Source: an uncultured cyanobacterium
GTDB lineage: Bacteria > Cyanobacteriota > Cyanobacteriia > Pseudanabaenales > Pseudanabaenaceae
NCBI GenBank assembly: GCA_963703315.1
Contig: OY969811.1
Span: 4,416,001 to 4,480,000, forward strand
DNA: 64,000 nt
Reading direction: 5' to 3'
The notes under the pieces: model-generated
Told to the model about the DNA's origin: nothing
Databases searched by the model: none
What the model saw: the letters and a program-made list of their open reading frames with translations, nothing else
In this document: positions 40,003 through 51,238 of the stretch, piece by piece
Numbering within the stretch: the first letter of the stretch is position 1
How the letters are laid out: the number at the start of each line of letters is the position of its first letter
Program-made: the position numbers and the translations under genes

Positions 40003-41112
40003 CTAAGCTAAAAAGGAATGCACTATCTCTAGGATACGCTGACTAGATTTACCATCGCCAAAGGGATTAGCCACATTTGCCATCTGCTCATAAGCGGCGC
40101 GATCGCTCAATAACCTAGAAGCAGCCGCCACAATATCTTCAGTTTCTGTGCCAACTAATTTACTTGTCCCTGCGGCGATCGCCTCTGGTCGTTCCGTAGT
40201 AGAGCGTAATACTAAAACAGGTTTACCGAGACTCGGTGCTTCCTCTTGCAAGCCCCCTGAATCGCTCATGATCAAGTAACACCTTTGCATCGCCGCCACT
40301 AGTTGCTCATAATCAAGGGGTTCCACTAAGAAAATGCGAGGATGATTACCTAGCTTTGCCATTAATGGTTCACGCACCACAGGATTGAGATGCATCGGTA
40401 ACACCAAAGCCACATCAGGAAAATCTGTCAAGATTTTGAGCCATGCTTGGATAATCTGCTGCAATGGTTCCCCCCAGTTTTCGCGGCGATGCACCGTTGC
40501 CAAAATCACCCGATGGGATGACCAATCTAAACCACTAATCTCGCATATAGGCGATCGCCCCGATACATACAACAGCGCATCAATTACCGTATTGCCCGTA
40601 TGGTGAATGCCAGTTTTGACACCTGAAACTTGGAGATTTAACACTGAGGCAAGGGTGGGTGCAAAATGAAGCTGAGCAATTTGAGAAACGAGGCGACGAT
40701 TTGCTTCTTCGGGAAATGGATTAAATAGATTGTCGGTACGCAGTCCTGCTTCGACATGACCGACAGGAATTTGCTGATAGAAGGCTGCCAGAGCCGCCGC
40801 AAACGCAGTAGTTGTATCACCCTGCACTAACACAATATTTGGCTGAATCTCTTGATATAACTTCTCTAAGCCGATCAAACTATTGCAAGTAATCTGAGTC
40901 AGAGTTTGCTTAGGTTGCATGATTCCCAAATCATAATCTGCTTTTATTTCAAATAACTGCATCACTTGCTCCACCATTTCCCGATGCTGCCCAGTTAAAA
41001 TCACCGAGGTTTGGAACTGGGGATTATTTCTGAATAAATGGATGATTGGTGCAAGTTTAATCGCTTCGGGACGAGTTCCTAAAGTGACGCAGACATGAAA
41101 TTGAGTTGACAA
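40003..41112 (-). CDS. wecB: UDP-N-acetylglucosamine 2-epimerase (non-hydrolysing)
   Basis: 'GTRPEAIK', 'TGQHREM', 'HVEAGLR', 'DSGGLQEEAP'. Confidence 0.96.
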   Translation of the reverse strand: MSTQFHVCVTLGTRPEAIKLAPIIHLFRNNPQFQTSVILTGQHREMVEQVMQLFEIKADYDLGIMQPKQTLTQITCNSLIGLEKLYQEIQPNIVLVQGDTTTAFAAALAAFYQQIPVGHVEAGLRTDNLFNPFPEEANRRLVSQIAQLHFAPTLASVLNLQVSGVKTGIHHTGNTVIDALLYVSGRSPICEISGLDWSSHRVILATVHRRENWGEPLQQIIQAWLKILTDFPDVALVLPMHLNPVVREPLMAKLGNHPRIFLVEPLDYEQLVAAMQRCYLIMSDSGGLQEEAPSLGKPVLVLRSTTERPEAIAAGTSKLVGTETEDIVAAASRLLSDRAAYEQMANVANPFGDGKSSQRILEIVHSFLA

Positions 41113-41148
41113 AATATCTTTCCTAAGCAGTTTCTCAGAATATAGTTA

Positions 41149-41298
41149 TAGAACCTACGCAATAGCCCTGTAATAAATTACGGGCTGAAAGCTAAAACCC
41201 GTTGAAACGGGTTAATCAGAATCGTTTTTTAGTCTGCTTTAGCTGACTTTAGCTTTCAGACAAGAACTTAAGTTCTTGGTGTGGTTGCGTGAGTCTTA
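41149..41298. mobile_element. ~150 bp MITE-like element with IS701-like ends (copy 2, inverted)
   Basis: Ends tagaacctacgca / tgcgtgagtctta; flanks agtta / aatta (4/5 match); homolog of 5636..5788. Confidence 0.72.
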
Positions 41299-41300
41299 AA

Positions 41301-42116
41301 TTATAGCAATAGGGCTTGAGAAGCAGATGTAGCTTTGGGAGCTTTGCTAGTACCAAAAACTGCATGGATGCCTCTCAGTGTGACAATAATAATCACACAA
41401 ACAACTATATATTGAGCAAGCTGAATTAAAAAGTTTTGGCTTGTAAGTAGGTTTTGCAAAGACAATTGATTAGCCGAAAAACCTTTCTCCGACTGGAAAT
41501 CACTAATTTCAGGACTGTCTGGAATTGCGGGAATATCTGAAAGCAATAAAAAGTCTGAATCCTCAGAAAATCGAGTATTTTCTGAATTGGAACCTGAATT
41601 AGTTAAAGGTACAGGAGAACTGATTTCGCCAAACATTTCATCTAGATCGGGACTAGATGAGGCGGAACGGTTTTCACTAAGGGCGCGATCGCTAGAATCT
41701 GGCATAGATTTTTGCGTAAATACTGGTAAAGGAGGTATTTTAGGGCGTTGTTGTGGTTCGGTGATTCCGCCATTTTGAGGAATATCCGCATCTGCTGCCA
41801 CTCCTAAATTAATTTCCTCTGTCCATGCGGGTTCCTCGAAACCCGTTTGTTGCCAAGAAATTTTGATACTAGAAATGTTCTGTACTTCTAAAGTAATAAA
41901 CCATTTCTTGAGCATTCCCACTAGGACTTGTCTCTTGGGTATCCGCACCTCGTCATCTAGAGATCGCAGGTCAGACTCGATTAATATCTCTAAGCGATCG
42001 CCTTCACCCTCAACATTTGCTAGCATTCCTTGAGACTTGAGCAAACGATTCATTAATGATGCGATCGCATTCACATCGCCCTGTTTAGCCTTTTCGACTA
42101 ACGGATTTGCTGCCAT
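41301..42116 (-). CDS. Hypothetical cyanobacterial membrane protein
   Basis: N-terminal 'AKQGDVNAIASLMN..L' domain, low-complexity linker, C-terminal TM helix. Confidence 0.7.
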   Translation of the reverse strand: MAANPLVEKAKQGDVNAIASLMNRLLKSQGMLANVEGEGDRLEILIESDLRSLDDEVRIPKRQVLVGMLKKWFITLEVQNISSIKISWQQTGFEEPAWTEEINLGVAADADIPQNGGITEPQQRPKIPPLPVFTQKSMPDSSDRALSENRSASSSPDLDEMFGEISSPVPLTNSGSNSENTRFSEDSDFLLLSDIPAIPDSPEISDFQSEKGFSANQLSLQNLLTSQNFLIQLAQYIVVCVIIIVTLRGIHAVFGTSKAPKATSASQALLL

Positions 42117-42195
42117 AGTAGCAACCTCAAATTTTTACCCTAAAGTATCTTTTAAACTAAGCCAAATGTATCAGATCTCTGTAACTTTCTGACTA

Positions 42196-42300
42196 TAAGT
42201 AGCTAAGCGCAATTAAATACAAAACCCCAAAAGCTGTAGAGCACGCTGCGCGTGAGCTACAGCTTTTGGCTCTGTTTTTTAATTAGGAAGTAGATTTTTA
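42196..42300. repeat. Degenerate hairpin-carrying MITE-like repeat
   Basis: taagtagct...caattaa left end; hairpin ccaaaagctgtag...ctacagcttttgg at 42227..42269. Confidence 0.45.
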
Positions 42301-42333
42301 TTTAGTGTCGCAGCTACGTCGAGTCACTAACAA

Positions 42334-43230
42334 CTATTTCTTTTGCTTATTCTGCCAATGCTTAAATGCGGCAATCCCACCTAGCGCTAGCAAACCATAG
42401 GTTGGCGAAAACTCAAACGGCACAGGTGTTAAGTCTAAATTCACTTCACCTAGTGTAAAAGTCCCTGCCGCTTGGCTTGTAGTATCACCTAAAGATATGA
42501 AGCTATTTGTTTGGTAGGGGTTAAAGCCAGGTGGCAGTTCGGGACTATTGGAAACTTGACTAAAATCATATACTTTCAGATCTCCCTGTATAATCGGCGT
42601 TTCAAGATTATCTGATGAATTTAATAAGTATTTACCACGCCCAACAGTAAGTATATAAGTGCCTCCAACTTCAGGAGCGATGTTTGTTGATCTCTCTGAA
42701 GAAGTACCAAAATCAGACGATTGAGCGAAAACTTCGCCAGATCTAAATCCAATCTCGATTCCTTTAAAGTCAACACTATTGGTTATAGCAACAATACTAA
42801 AAGAGGCTCTTTCTGACAAATCATTAAAAATGGTGTCCAATTTAACCGTAAAGGTAATTCTGAAACCGTCAGTTAGACTGAGTGTATCTGCAACAAAATC
42901 ATTAAGGTAATTTCCAGTCGATACGTTGTAATTACTATAACTAGCATACTCTGCTGGACTTATTGTAGCTCCTGTGTCTGGATCATTGTAATCTCCTCTT
43001 GTGTTGACAGTAACGTTTCCACCTGATGGTGATTCTCCAACAAAAGGTGAAACGACATTACCAACACCATCGATCGCATTCATTTGGAGGTATGCACTAG
43101 CTCCATCATCGCTAGGAAGTCCTGTCCCGTCATATAAAACCGTGTATATACCAATTGCACTGACGCTCTCAGTGATAACTCCAGTGAATAAAGCGGTACA
43201 AGCGATCGCAGATGCCCAAAAAGTCTTCAT
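42334..43230 (-). CDS. Exported protein with PFE-CTERM-type sorting tail (choice-of-anchor Y-like domain)
   Basis: Signal peptide; 'RASFSIVAI...GIEIGF', 'NPYQTNSFISLGDTTSQA'; tail 'PVPFEFSPTYGLLALGG...KQKK'. Confidence 0.7.
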   Translation of the reverse strand: MKTFWASAIACTALFTGVITESVSAIGIYTVLYDGTGLPSDDGASAYLQMNAIDGVGNVVSPFVGESPSGGNVTVNTRGDYNDPDTGATISPAEYASYSNYNVSTGNYLNDFVADTLSLTDGFRITFTVKLDTIFNDLSERASFSIVAITNSVDFKGIEIGFRSGEVFAQSSDFGTSSERSTNIAPEVGGTYILTVGRGKYLLNSSDNLETPIIQGDLKVYDFSQVSNSPELPPGFNPYQTNSFISLGDTTSQAAGTFTLGEVNLDLTPVPFEFSPTYGLLALGGIAAFKHWQNKQKK

Positions 43231-43509
43231 ATATTAATGATGTCTCTAGACATTGGTAATGGACATAAAATAACGTAAATAAACTGACAATGCAATAATT
43301 GTGAAAATAACAGAATAGAAGCTTGGCTTAAGACAAATCAAGGCAAATATATCTTAAATATATCTTTTGTATAACTTTTTGCTGATGAAATAAATACATT
43401 TATAGTATAATCACCATTATCTCATGTCCTAGAGAAAGCTAAGCAATTAAACTCAAGGACAGGTTTTCAATTAGTCGGTTCTCTGTCCATATTTTAGACG
43501 ATTTATTCT

Positions 43510-44397
43510 ATGAAAACACTGCTTCAAAGTTTAGCTGTTAGCGCTTTATCTCTGACAAGCTTAGGCGCGATCGCTACTGCTCCTGTATCCGCCGCATCGA
43601 TCACTGGCGTAGCGATCGGTGGGTCTGCATCTAGTGACTATTATGTGTATGACGTTAGTGGCAACAATACTGTGCGTAACTTAACACCAACAGTAAGCGA
43701 CATCCAAAATGTCTTAGGCGGTAATGCCGCGAGTCCTACTGGAAATGTCGAGCTAGCGGCTAGTAGTGAGCAAGGTGGATTTGATTTCACAAAAAATACT
43801 ACTCTCTCAGGAGAGATCGGCGGTAAATCGATCACTTTAAGTAGCCTTACGGCATCAGACTGGACAAGTGTAGGTCAAACATGGTTTAACGCGGCTCTTA
43901 CTGCTAATGGCTATGGATCAGTATTAAGTAACTCTTTTATATACAACACTGCTTGGAACAGATTTATTAACAATGGTGGTAGACAACGCTTTAGCGATCC
44001 CAATATTTCTTATGTCAATCAAGACTCTGATGGTTTGATTCGGATTGGGTTAGCAGGTCACTATGATGCTACTGATCTTTTGCTTGGTAGTCTAAGTACC
44101 TTTGAAAAGAATTTGATCAACTCACTGCGTGATCCTCTGAAAGTAGGTACACCCATCCAAGCCAGTGAACTTGTTAAATATACTTATGATGGTCAAACTA
44201 GCTATTTGTATAGTTTTTATGCGACTCAATCAGGGCTAATCTCTGCTGATCCTACCAAGTCCCATAATGGTAACTACGAAGTAACCTTCCAAGGTTCTAA
44301 GCCTGTTCCTGTCCCTGCTGCGTTTATTGGTATTGCCTTTGCAGGGGCGATCGGGGCAACTAAACTAAAGCGTCGTAAAGTAACTAGCAAAGTTTAA
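43510..44397 (+). CDS. Exported PEP-CTERM-like protein (VPVP tail variant)
   Basis: Signal peptide; 'GNVELAASSE', 'RFSDPNISYVNQ', 'IGLAGH'; tail 'PVPVPAAFIGIAFAGAIGATKLKRRK'. Confidence 0.75.
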   Translation: MKTLLQSLAVSALSLTSLGAIATAPVSAASITGVAIGGSASSDYYVYDVSGNNTVRNLTPTVSDIQNVLGGNAASPTGNVELAASSEQGGFDFTKNTTLSGEIGGKSITLSSLTASDWTSVGQTWFNAALTANGYGSVLSNSFIYNTAWNRFINNGGRQRFSDPNISYVNQDSDGLIRIGLAGHYDATDLLLGSLSTFEKNLINSLRDPLKVGTPIQASELVKYTYDGQTSYLYSFYATQSGLISADPTKSHNGNYEVTFQGSKPVPVPAAFIGIAFAGAIGATKLKRRKVTSKV

Positions 44398-44434
44398 ACA
44401 AAAAAGAGGTTCGCTTAGCGAACCTCTTTTTTGT

Positions 44435-44437
<3 letters not shown>
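44395..44437. terminator. Bidirectional palindrome spanning both stop codons of a convergent pair
   Basis: TAA-acaaaaaagaggttcgc-tta-gcgaacctcttttttgt-TTA. Confidence 0.85.
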
Positions 44438-45418
<981 letters not shown>

Positions 45419-45594
45419 TTATTAACTTTGCTGCTTAGAATTTTACAGTGATTTGGACTAATGTGAAACTCAAGAATTTTTGCTAAAACTGTCACTTGCT
45501 AAAGCTTTCAGCACAAATAGTTAAGGATTTTGCTGAAGTCCATCCTTTCAAAGCTCAAAAGATTGATAGCGGCGCGAAGCGCCGCCATTAATTT

Positions 45595-46371
45595 CTAAAA
45601 ATCATCGCTTTGATCGGAATTAGTATCTCGTCTTAACAAATCATCGATATTCTGCCAATTGACAAGACTAACTTCCTCATCTTGGATTAGTTGCCCCTTA
45701 TGTAGACAAACTAGGCGATCGCACCATGTTTTTAATAGGTCAAGTTGATGGTTAATCATGACGATGGTAACGGGTTGTGATAACTGAGTTAACTCGGTCA
45801 AAGTATCGAGGAGCAAATGCGATAAACCGCGATCTAGGGCTGAAGTTGGCTCATCTAGTAATAATATTTCTGGTTCCATGACTAAAGCTCTAGCGATCGC
45901 AATCCATTGTCTCTGACCAAGGGATAATTCCATTTCTGAGCGATTAAGTAATTTACGATCAATCTGTAATTTATCTATCCATTTTTGTAACCGTGATTCA
46001 ACTTCACTTTGAGGGAAATTTTGGAGTTTTAGAGGATAGCTAATGGCTTCAGTTACATTCATTCCTAATAAGCTTGGTTCCTGTGGTACAAGCATGATTC
46101 GCCGCCGCAAAGTTTGAATAGGAATCTCTTGAATGTTTTTACCACTTAGGGAAATTATGCCGATGGATGGATCGGTCAGGCGATTGAGCAAACGTAAAAA
46201 TGTAGTTTTTCCTGATCCTGTTGCGCCAATTAATGCAGTTTTGCTACCTTTAGCGATCGCTAAAGAAATATTGGCTAACAGTGTGCGAAATTTTGTTTGG
46301 TAACTGACCTGACTGATTGCGATCGCCACATGATCGGGTATTGGTTGAGAAATAAATGACAGCTTGTGCAT
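45595..46371 (-). CDS. ABC transporter ATP-binding protein
   Basis: 'GATGSGKTT', 'LSLGQRQ', 'LLLDEPTSALD'. Confidence 0.9.
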   Translation of the reverse strand: MHKLSFISQPIPDHVAIAISQVSYQTKFRTLLANISLAIAKGSKTALIGATGSGKTTFLRLLNRLTDPSIGIISLSGKNIQEIPIQTLRRRIMLVPQEPSLLGMNVTEAISYPLKLQNFPQSEVESRLQKWIDKLQIDRKLLNRSEMELSLGQRQWIAIARALVMEPEILLLDEPTSALDRGLSHLLLDTLTELTQLSQPVTIVMINHQLDLLKTWCDRLVCLHKGQLIQDEEVSLVNWQNIDDLLRRDTNSDQSDDF

Positions 46372-46448
46372 AATGTACGATTTTTGGCGATCAATTGCGA
46401 TCAATATGGTTGAGGTACTTTGTTTATAGGTATGATCAGGATTTTGAT

Positions 46449-47138
46449 ATGCACCGAGTTTGTTTGCTCTACCAAAGCGATCGCCCCATCCCCTATCTAA
46501 CTGCATGGCAATGGCAAAAGCAACTAGTTGAGGAGCGTAAACAGTCAAGGCGTGAAGGGAAAGACTTGCCTGATGTGTTGTTGTTAGTCGAACATCCTGC
46601 CGTTTATACGCTGGGACAGGGATCGAGTTTAGAGTTTTTAAAATTTAACTTAGAAGATGCCAATATCGAATGTCATCGCATTGAGCGTGGGGGGGAAGTG
46701 ACCCATCATGCGATCGGGCAACTAGTGGCTTATCCGATTCTCAACCTCGATCATCATCAGCATGATTTGCATTGGTATTTACGCCAACTCGAAGAGGTAA
46801 TCATTCAAGTGCTAGCTAGGTATGGTGTGTCTTCGCAGCGTATTCAAGGTTTAACGGGGGTATGGATTAATCAAGCGGGACAATATCAAAAAATTGCTCA
46901 AGTTGGGATCAAGGTCAGTCAATGGATTACGATGCATGGATTTGCCTTGAATGTAAGTATGGATTTATCAGGTTTCGATCGCATTGTTCCCTGTGGCATC
47001 TCCGATTGTCAGGTTTGTAATCTTAATCAGTTTGTGCCTGATGTTGAGTTTGTACAAGTGAAAGAGGCGATCGCGCAGACTTTTGCTCAAATATTTAATT
47101 TAGAAATGCAATTGCAAAAGTTTGATCTAAAAGCTTGA
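46449..47138 (+). CDS. lipB: Lipoyl(octanoyl) transferase
   Basis: 'EHPAVYTLG', 'RGGEVTHH', 'GIKVSQWITMHGFALNV', 'IVPCGI'. Confidence 0.95.
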   Translation: MHRVCLLYQSDRPIPYLTAWQWQKQLVEERKQSRREGKDLPDVLLLVEHPAVYTLGQGSSLEFLKFNLEDANIECHRIERGGEVTHHAIGQLVAYPILNLDHHQHDLHWYLRQLEEVIIQVLARYGVSSQRIQGLTGVWINQAGQYQKIAQVGIKVSQWITMHGFALNVSMDLSGFDRIVPCGISDCQVCNLNQFVPDVEFVQVKEAIAQTFAQIFNLEMQLQKFDLKA

Positions 47139-47297
47139 TCTAGTAAGTGTCGCCAGTCTTAACCCAGATGAAAGTGGCGGCGCGAAGCGCCGCCACTTTC
47201 ATCTGGTGTTTGGGGTAGCTCATTTTCATGGGATCGCTACCTGACCCAAAAAATTTGGTATAGACTAGGGATTAGTTGTTATCAAGGAGCTAAATCT

Positions 47298-47636
47298 ATG
47301 ATCTGTGAAAAAATTTCTGTGGCAATTTCTGTGGCGGCAATCAGCCTTGTGTCAGCAGCAGTGTTAATCCCCACTGGTGCGATCGCCCAAACCACTACTA
47401 CAACCACACTCTCGGAACAAACTTTACGGGAAGCCCAACAACAGGAAAGAAGCTCTCTTAGTGTTGGTGGTAGCAATCTGAACTTATTACAGTTAATTAA
47501 CAATATCAATCTTGCTGGTGGACGGTCACCTGAGCAATTTCGAGCTAATCAATCTGAATCAATCGATGAGGCTGTTTCCAGCTTTAAAGATCAACAACGC
47601 CGTGAAATTAAATTTTCGATGCCTACAAAGCCATAA
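47298..47636 (+). CDS. Small exported hypothetical protein
   Basis: RBS aggag, signal peptide ending AIA-Q; 'QSESIDEAVSSFKDQQ'. Confidence 0.7.
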   Translation: MICEKISVAISVAAISLVSAAVLIPTGAIAQTTTTTTLSEQTLREAQQQERSSLSVGGSNLNLLQLINNINLAGGRSPEQFRANQSESIDEAVSSFKDQQRREIKFSMPTKP

Positions 47637-47672
47637 AAAAATCGGCGCTTTGCGCCGATTTTTTTATGGCTT
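47628..47672. terminator. Palindrome whose arm includes the last two codons and stop of the upstream gene
   Basis: AAGCCATAAaaaaatcggcgc-ttt-gcgccgatttttTTATGGCTT. Confidence 0.8.
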
Positions 47673-47703
47673 AACGTAACCAGATCGACTCATCAAGCAA
47701 ATG

Positions 47704-50115
47704 TTAACTTCTCAATGTGGCTTGAAACTTCTCTTCTAGCAAATCACGCACTTTTTGATGAACAGGGTTGATATCCGCATCAGTCAGAGTGCGATCGCTA
47801 GCTCTGTAGACCAATCGAAATGCCAGACTACGGGAACCTTCGGGGACACCTTTACCAATATATTGATCAAATAGCGTGACCGAATCGAGCAACTCGCCGC
47901 CCACATGGGTAATCGATCGCTGAATATCGGCAACCGTGAACTTGAGTGGTGCAAAAAAGGCAATATCGCGATCGCTAGTGGGATAGGAGGAGAATGGTTG
48001 GAAGGTGGGAATGGAATTCTTCATCATCGCATCTAGCAAGGTATAGAAATCTAGCTCGAAGGCATAAATCTCATCGGGAAGTTCCTTTTCAGAGCGGAGT
48101 TGGGGATGCAATTGTCCGAACGTGCCAAGACGTTCACCAGAAATCCACAGCGAGGCAGTGCGCCCAGGGTGTAAGCGCTCATCCTTCTGATCGGGTTGAT
48201 ATTCCACCGTTACCGAGAGATTGTGGAAAACAGAATCTAGCAAGCCTTTGGCTTCGTAGAAATTCATCGGTTTAGAATCATGTTGCCATACGCCAACAGT
48301 GGGATCACCACCAAAAATCCCTGCAATGCGATCGGTTTCATCGCTACCAGCTTCATCGAGCCAAAACACGCGCCCAATTTCAAATCCATTCAAGATGCCA
48401 TTGCCTTGATTGATGTTAAAAGCACTAGCTTCGATCAAGTTGGTTAATAAATCACCTCTGAGCGCTCCATATTCGATCGCCACAGGATTGTTAATTTTGA
48501 CCTGATGGGACTCAGTGGGGCTACAGAGGGACATATGCATCACTTCTGTTAGCCCAACCGCACGGAATGCGGCGCGAATTAATCTGCCACCCTCTTGATC
48601 GGCGGAAAGGAAGCCAAACTCAGTACGGGCGGGTAAAGTCTCTACAAATTTGTCATAGCCATAGATCCGCGCAATTTCTTCGACAAGGTCGATTTCACGC
48701 TCAATGTCGGCATAGCGATAGGGGGGAACCGTGACCTTCCAAATGGCGTAACTACCCTCTTCGATCGGCTGCTTTTCTAGCTCAAAGGACAAGACTTTGA
48801 GAGTTTGTTCCACTTCTGCTTCTGACAATAGGGGTAAAGCACTTTCATCTTCGCGATCGACTTCACCTAATACTTGCCAAACTTTTGTGAGGCGCAAATC
48901 AATGACGCGAACTTCTTTAGAACGAGAATCCACAATGCTTTGGGCAACGACTTCACCACCAGCAAGTTCCACAATTAATTGCAACGCTTTAGTTGAAGCT
49001 GACTCGATCGCCGCCTGATTCACACCCCGTTCATAGCGTGCCGATGCCTCAGTGCGTAAACCCTGAGCGCGGGCGGATCGCCTTGTTGTCACTTGAGTAA
49101 ATAGTGCCGCCTCTAACACAATATTTGTGGTTTTGGCAGAGACTTCGGTTTCTGCACCACCCATGACACCCGCGATCGCGATCGGTTTGTCCCCTGACGT
49201 AATCAAGAAATTTTGACTCGTGAGAGTGCGTTCCACATCATCAAGGGTTTTGATTTTTTCACCTGACTTGGCAAAGCGCACACCAATATTGATATCAGCA
49301 TCTAGAGTGTCCGCATCAAAGGCATGGAGGGGCTGTCCCCATTCCAGCAAAATGTAATTGGTAATATCGACAATATTATTGATTGATCGCATCCCTGCCG
49401 CTTCAACACGACGCTTTAACCATTCTGGCGAAGGCGCAACCTTTACACCTTTGATCAATGTTCCAATATAGGCGGAACAGGATTTAGGATCTTCCACTGT
49501 GATCCAATTGGCAGATTTAGGCTGAAAATCTTGGGTTGCGAGGGGTAGACGGACTTCTTTACCAACGATCGCCGCCACTTCACGGGCAATGCCCACCACG
49601 CTGAGGGCATCGGCACGATTAGCGGTTGAGGTGACATCGAGAATCGCGTCATCTAGCCCTAGTAATGGACGCACATCGCTACCAACGGTCACACCTTCAG
49701 GAAACTCATGGATGCCACTGGACTCTTTGGCTAGTCCAATCTCAGCGAGTGAGCAGATCATCCCCTCCGATCGCTCGCCCCGTAATTTAGTGGGGCGTAA
49801 TTTCAAATCAATCGTTGGTAAATAAGTGCCAATCGTGGCTACAGGCACAAATAAACCCTGTCGAGCATTGGCAGCACCGCAGACAATCTGTAGGGGTTCG
49901 GGTGTGCCAATATCGACTTTACATACCTGTAATTTGTCAGCATTAGGATGGCGATCGGCGGTGAGGATATGACCCACGACTACGCCCTCAGCCCATGTCC
50001 TGCGGTCTTCAATCGACTCCACTTCAAAGCCTGCCATAGTCAGTTTTTCTTCTAGCTCTTGAGGCGAGAGGTCAAAGTCTACAAGTTCGCGGAGCCAATT
50101 CAAAGAGATACGCAT
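47704..50115 (-). CDS. pheT: Phenylalanine--tRNA ligase beta subunit
   Basis: 'HPNADKL', 'IVCGAAN', 'NNIVDITNY', 'RYERGV', 'EREIDLVEE', C-terminal FDX-ACB. Confidence 0.97.
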   Translation of the reverse strand: MRISLNWLRELVDFDLSPQELEEKLTMAGFEVESIEDRRTWAEGVVVGHILTADRHPNADKLQVCKVDIGTPEPLQIVCGAANARQGLFVPVATIGTYLPTIDLKLRPTKLRGERSEGMICSLAEIGLAKESSGIHEFPEGVTVGSDVRPLLGLDDAILDVTSTANRADALSVVGIAREVAAIVGKEVRLPLATQDFQPKSANWITVEDPKSCSAYIGTLIKGVKVAPSPEWLKRRVEAAGMRSINNIVDITNYILLEWGQPLHAFDADTLDADINIGVRFAKSGEKIKTLDDVERTLTSQNFLITSGDKPIAIAGVMGGAETEVSAKTTNIVLEAALFTQVTTRRSARAQGLRTEASARYERGVNQAAIESASTKALQLIVELAGGEVVAQSIVDSRSKEVRVIDLRLTKVWQVLGEVDREDESALPLLSEAEVEQTLKVLSFELEKQPIEEGSYAIWKVTVPPYRYADIEREIDLVEEIARIYGYDKFVETLPARTEFGFLSADQEGGRLIRAAFRAVGLTEVMHMSLCSPTESHQVKINNPVAIEYGALRGDLLTNLIEASAFNINQGNGILNGFEIGRVFWLDEAGSDETDRIAGIFGGDPTVGVWQHDSKPMNFYEAKGLLDSVFHNLSVTVEYQPDQKDERLHPGRTASLWISGERLGTFGQLHPQLRSEKELPDEIYAFELDFYTLLDAMMKNSIPTFQPFSSYPTSDRDIAFFAPLKFTVADIQRSITHVGGELLDSVTLFDQYIGKGVPEGSRSLAFRLVYRASDRTLTDADINPVHQKVRDLLEEKFQATLRS

Positions 50116-50210
50116 TGGAAATTTATGGAGAAAGGATTGTTAAGAAATATTCAGGTTATATTAGTCTACCAAAATCCACACTGCAAACTGGCAAATTATG
50201 GGGTTAAATC

Positions 50211-51209
50211 TTGAACTCTAATAATAGGCACTTCACCAAGTTATTACGTGCCGAGTTAAATGCTGTCCTGCGATCGCAAAATCTCTTACCCAAAGAAGCA
50301 CATTTATTGATTGCGGTATCAGGTGGACAGGATTCGCTATGTTTAGCCAAACTTCTGTTAATGCAGCAGACTAAACATAATTGGAATTTAGCGATCGCCC
50401 ATTGCGATCACCAGTGGCGGAGTGATTCCAGTGCGAATGCTAGTCATGTCGAGAAACTTGCAAAGGAATGGGGAATTGATTTTTGCGTGAGAGTTGCGGA
50501 AACGCCGCCCAAAAGTGAAGCAAGTGCGAGGGAATGGCGCTATAGGATGTTGGTGGAAATGGCTCAAGTTAACCAATGCAGCTATGTAGTGACGGGACAT
50601 ACCCGTAGCGATCGCGTGGAGACTTTGTTATATAACTTGATGCGTGGTAGTGGAGCCGATGGCTTAGCCTCTTTAACTTGGCAGCGATTGCTGACTCCTG
50701 AAATTAAATTAGTTCGCCCTTTATTAAACGTCAGTCGTCATCAAACGGCTGAGTTTTGCCATGAAAATCAAATTCCGATTTGGGAAGATAGCACCAATCA
50801 AAATCTCGACTATCGCCGCAATCGTTTACGTCTAGAGACAATTCCCTATTTACAAGCAAATTTTAATCCCCAGCTAGAAACAGCGATCGCCCAGACCGCC
50901 GAACTTCTGCACAGTGATGTGAGCTATTTAGAGAGTCAGGCTAGGAATTTTTTTGAGGAGAATACATCTGTAATTTGGGATGATCAGCAGCCATGTTTAC
51001 ATCGTCAACTTTTGCAAGATCAGCCTCTAGCCTTGCAAAGAAGAATTGTGAGACAGTTTCTATCGCGCTATTTAATCCATCAGGTAAATTTTGAGGATGT
51101 AGAGCGCTTCTTGAACTTATTAAATGCGCCAAACCGATCGCAGAGTGAGCCATTTAAGGGAAATATCTCCGCCTTTGTCGAACATCCTTGGATCTACCTC
51201 CGTAAATAG
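50211..51209 (+). CDS. tilS: tRNA(Ile)-lysidine synthetase
   Basis: 'AVSGGQDS', 'TGHTRSDRVET', 'RPLL', 'WEDSTN...RNRLR'. Confidence 0.95.
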   Translation: MNSNNRHFTKLLRAELNAVLRSQNLLPKEAHLLIAVSGGQDSLCLAKLLLMQQTKHNWNLAIAHCDHQWRSDSSANASHVEKLAKEWGIDFCVRVAETPPKSEASAREWRYRMLVEMAQVNQCSYVVTGHTRSDRVETLLYNLMRGSGADGLASLTWQRLLTPEIKLVRPLLNVSRHQTAEFCHENQIPIWEDSTNQNLDYRRNRLRLETIPYLQANFNPQLETAIAQTAELLHSDVSYLESQARNFFEENTSVIWDDQQPCLHRQLLQDQPLALQRRIVRQFLSRYLIHQVNFEDVERFLNLLNAPNRSQSEPFKGNISAFVEHPWIYLRK

Positions 51210-51238
51210 AGAGTTCGCAAAGCGAACCCTCTATTTAC
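51202..51238. terminator. Palindrome spanning both stop codons of the convergent tilS / CPBP pair
   Basis: gtaaaTAGagagttcgc-aaa-gcgaaccctCTAtttac (one mismatch). Confidence 0.85.
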
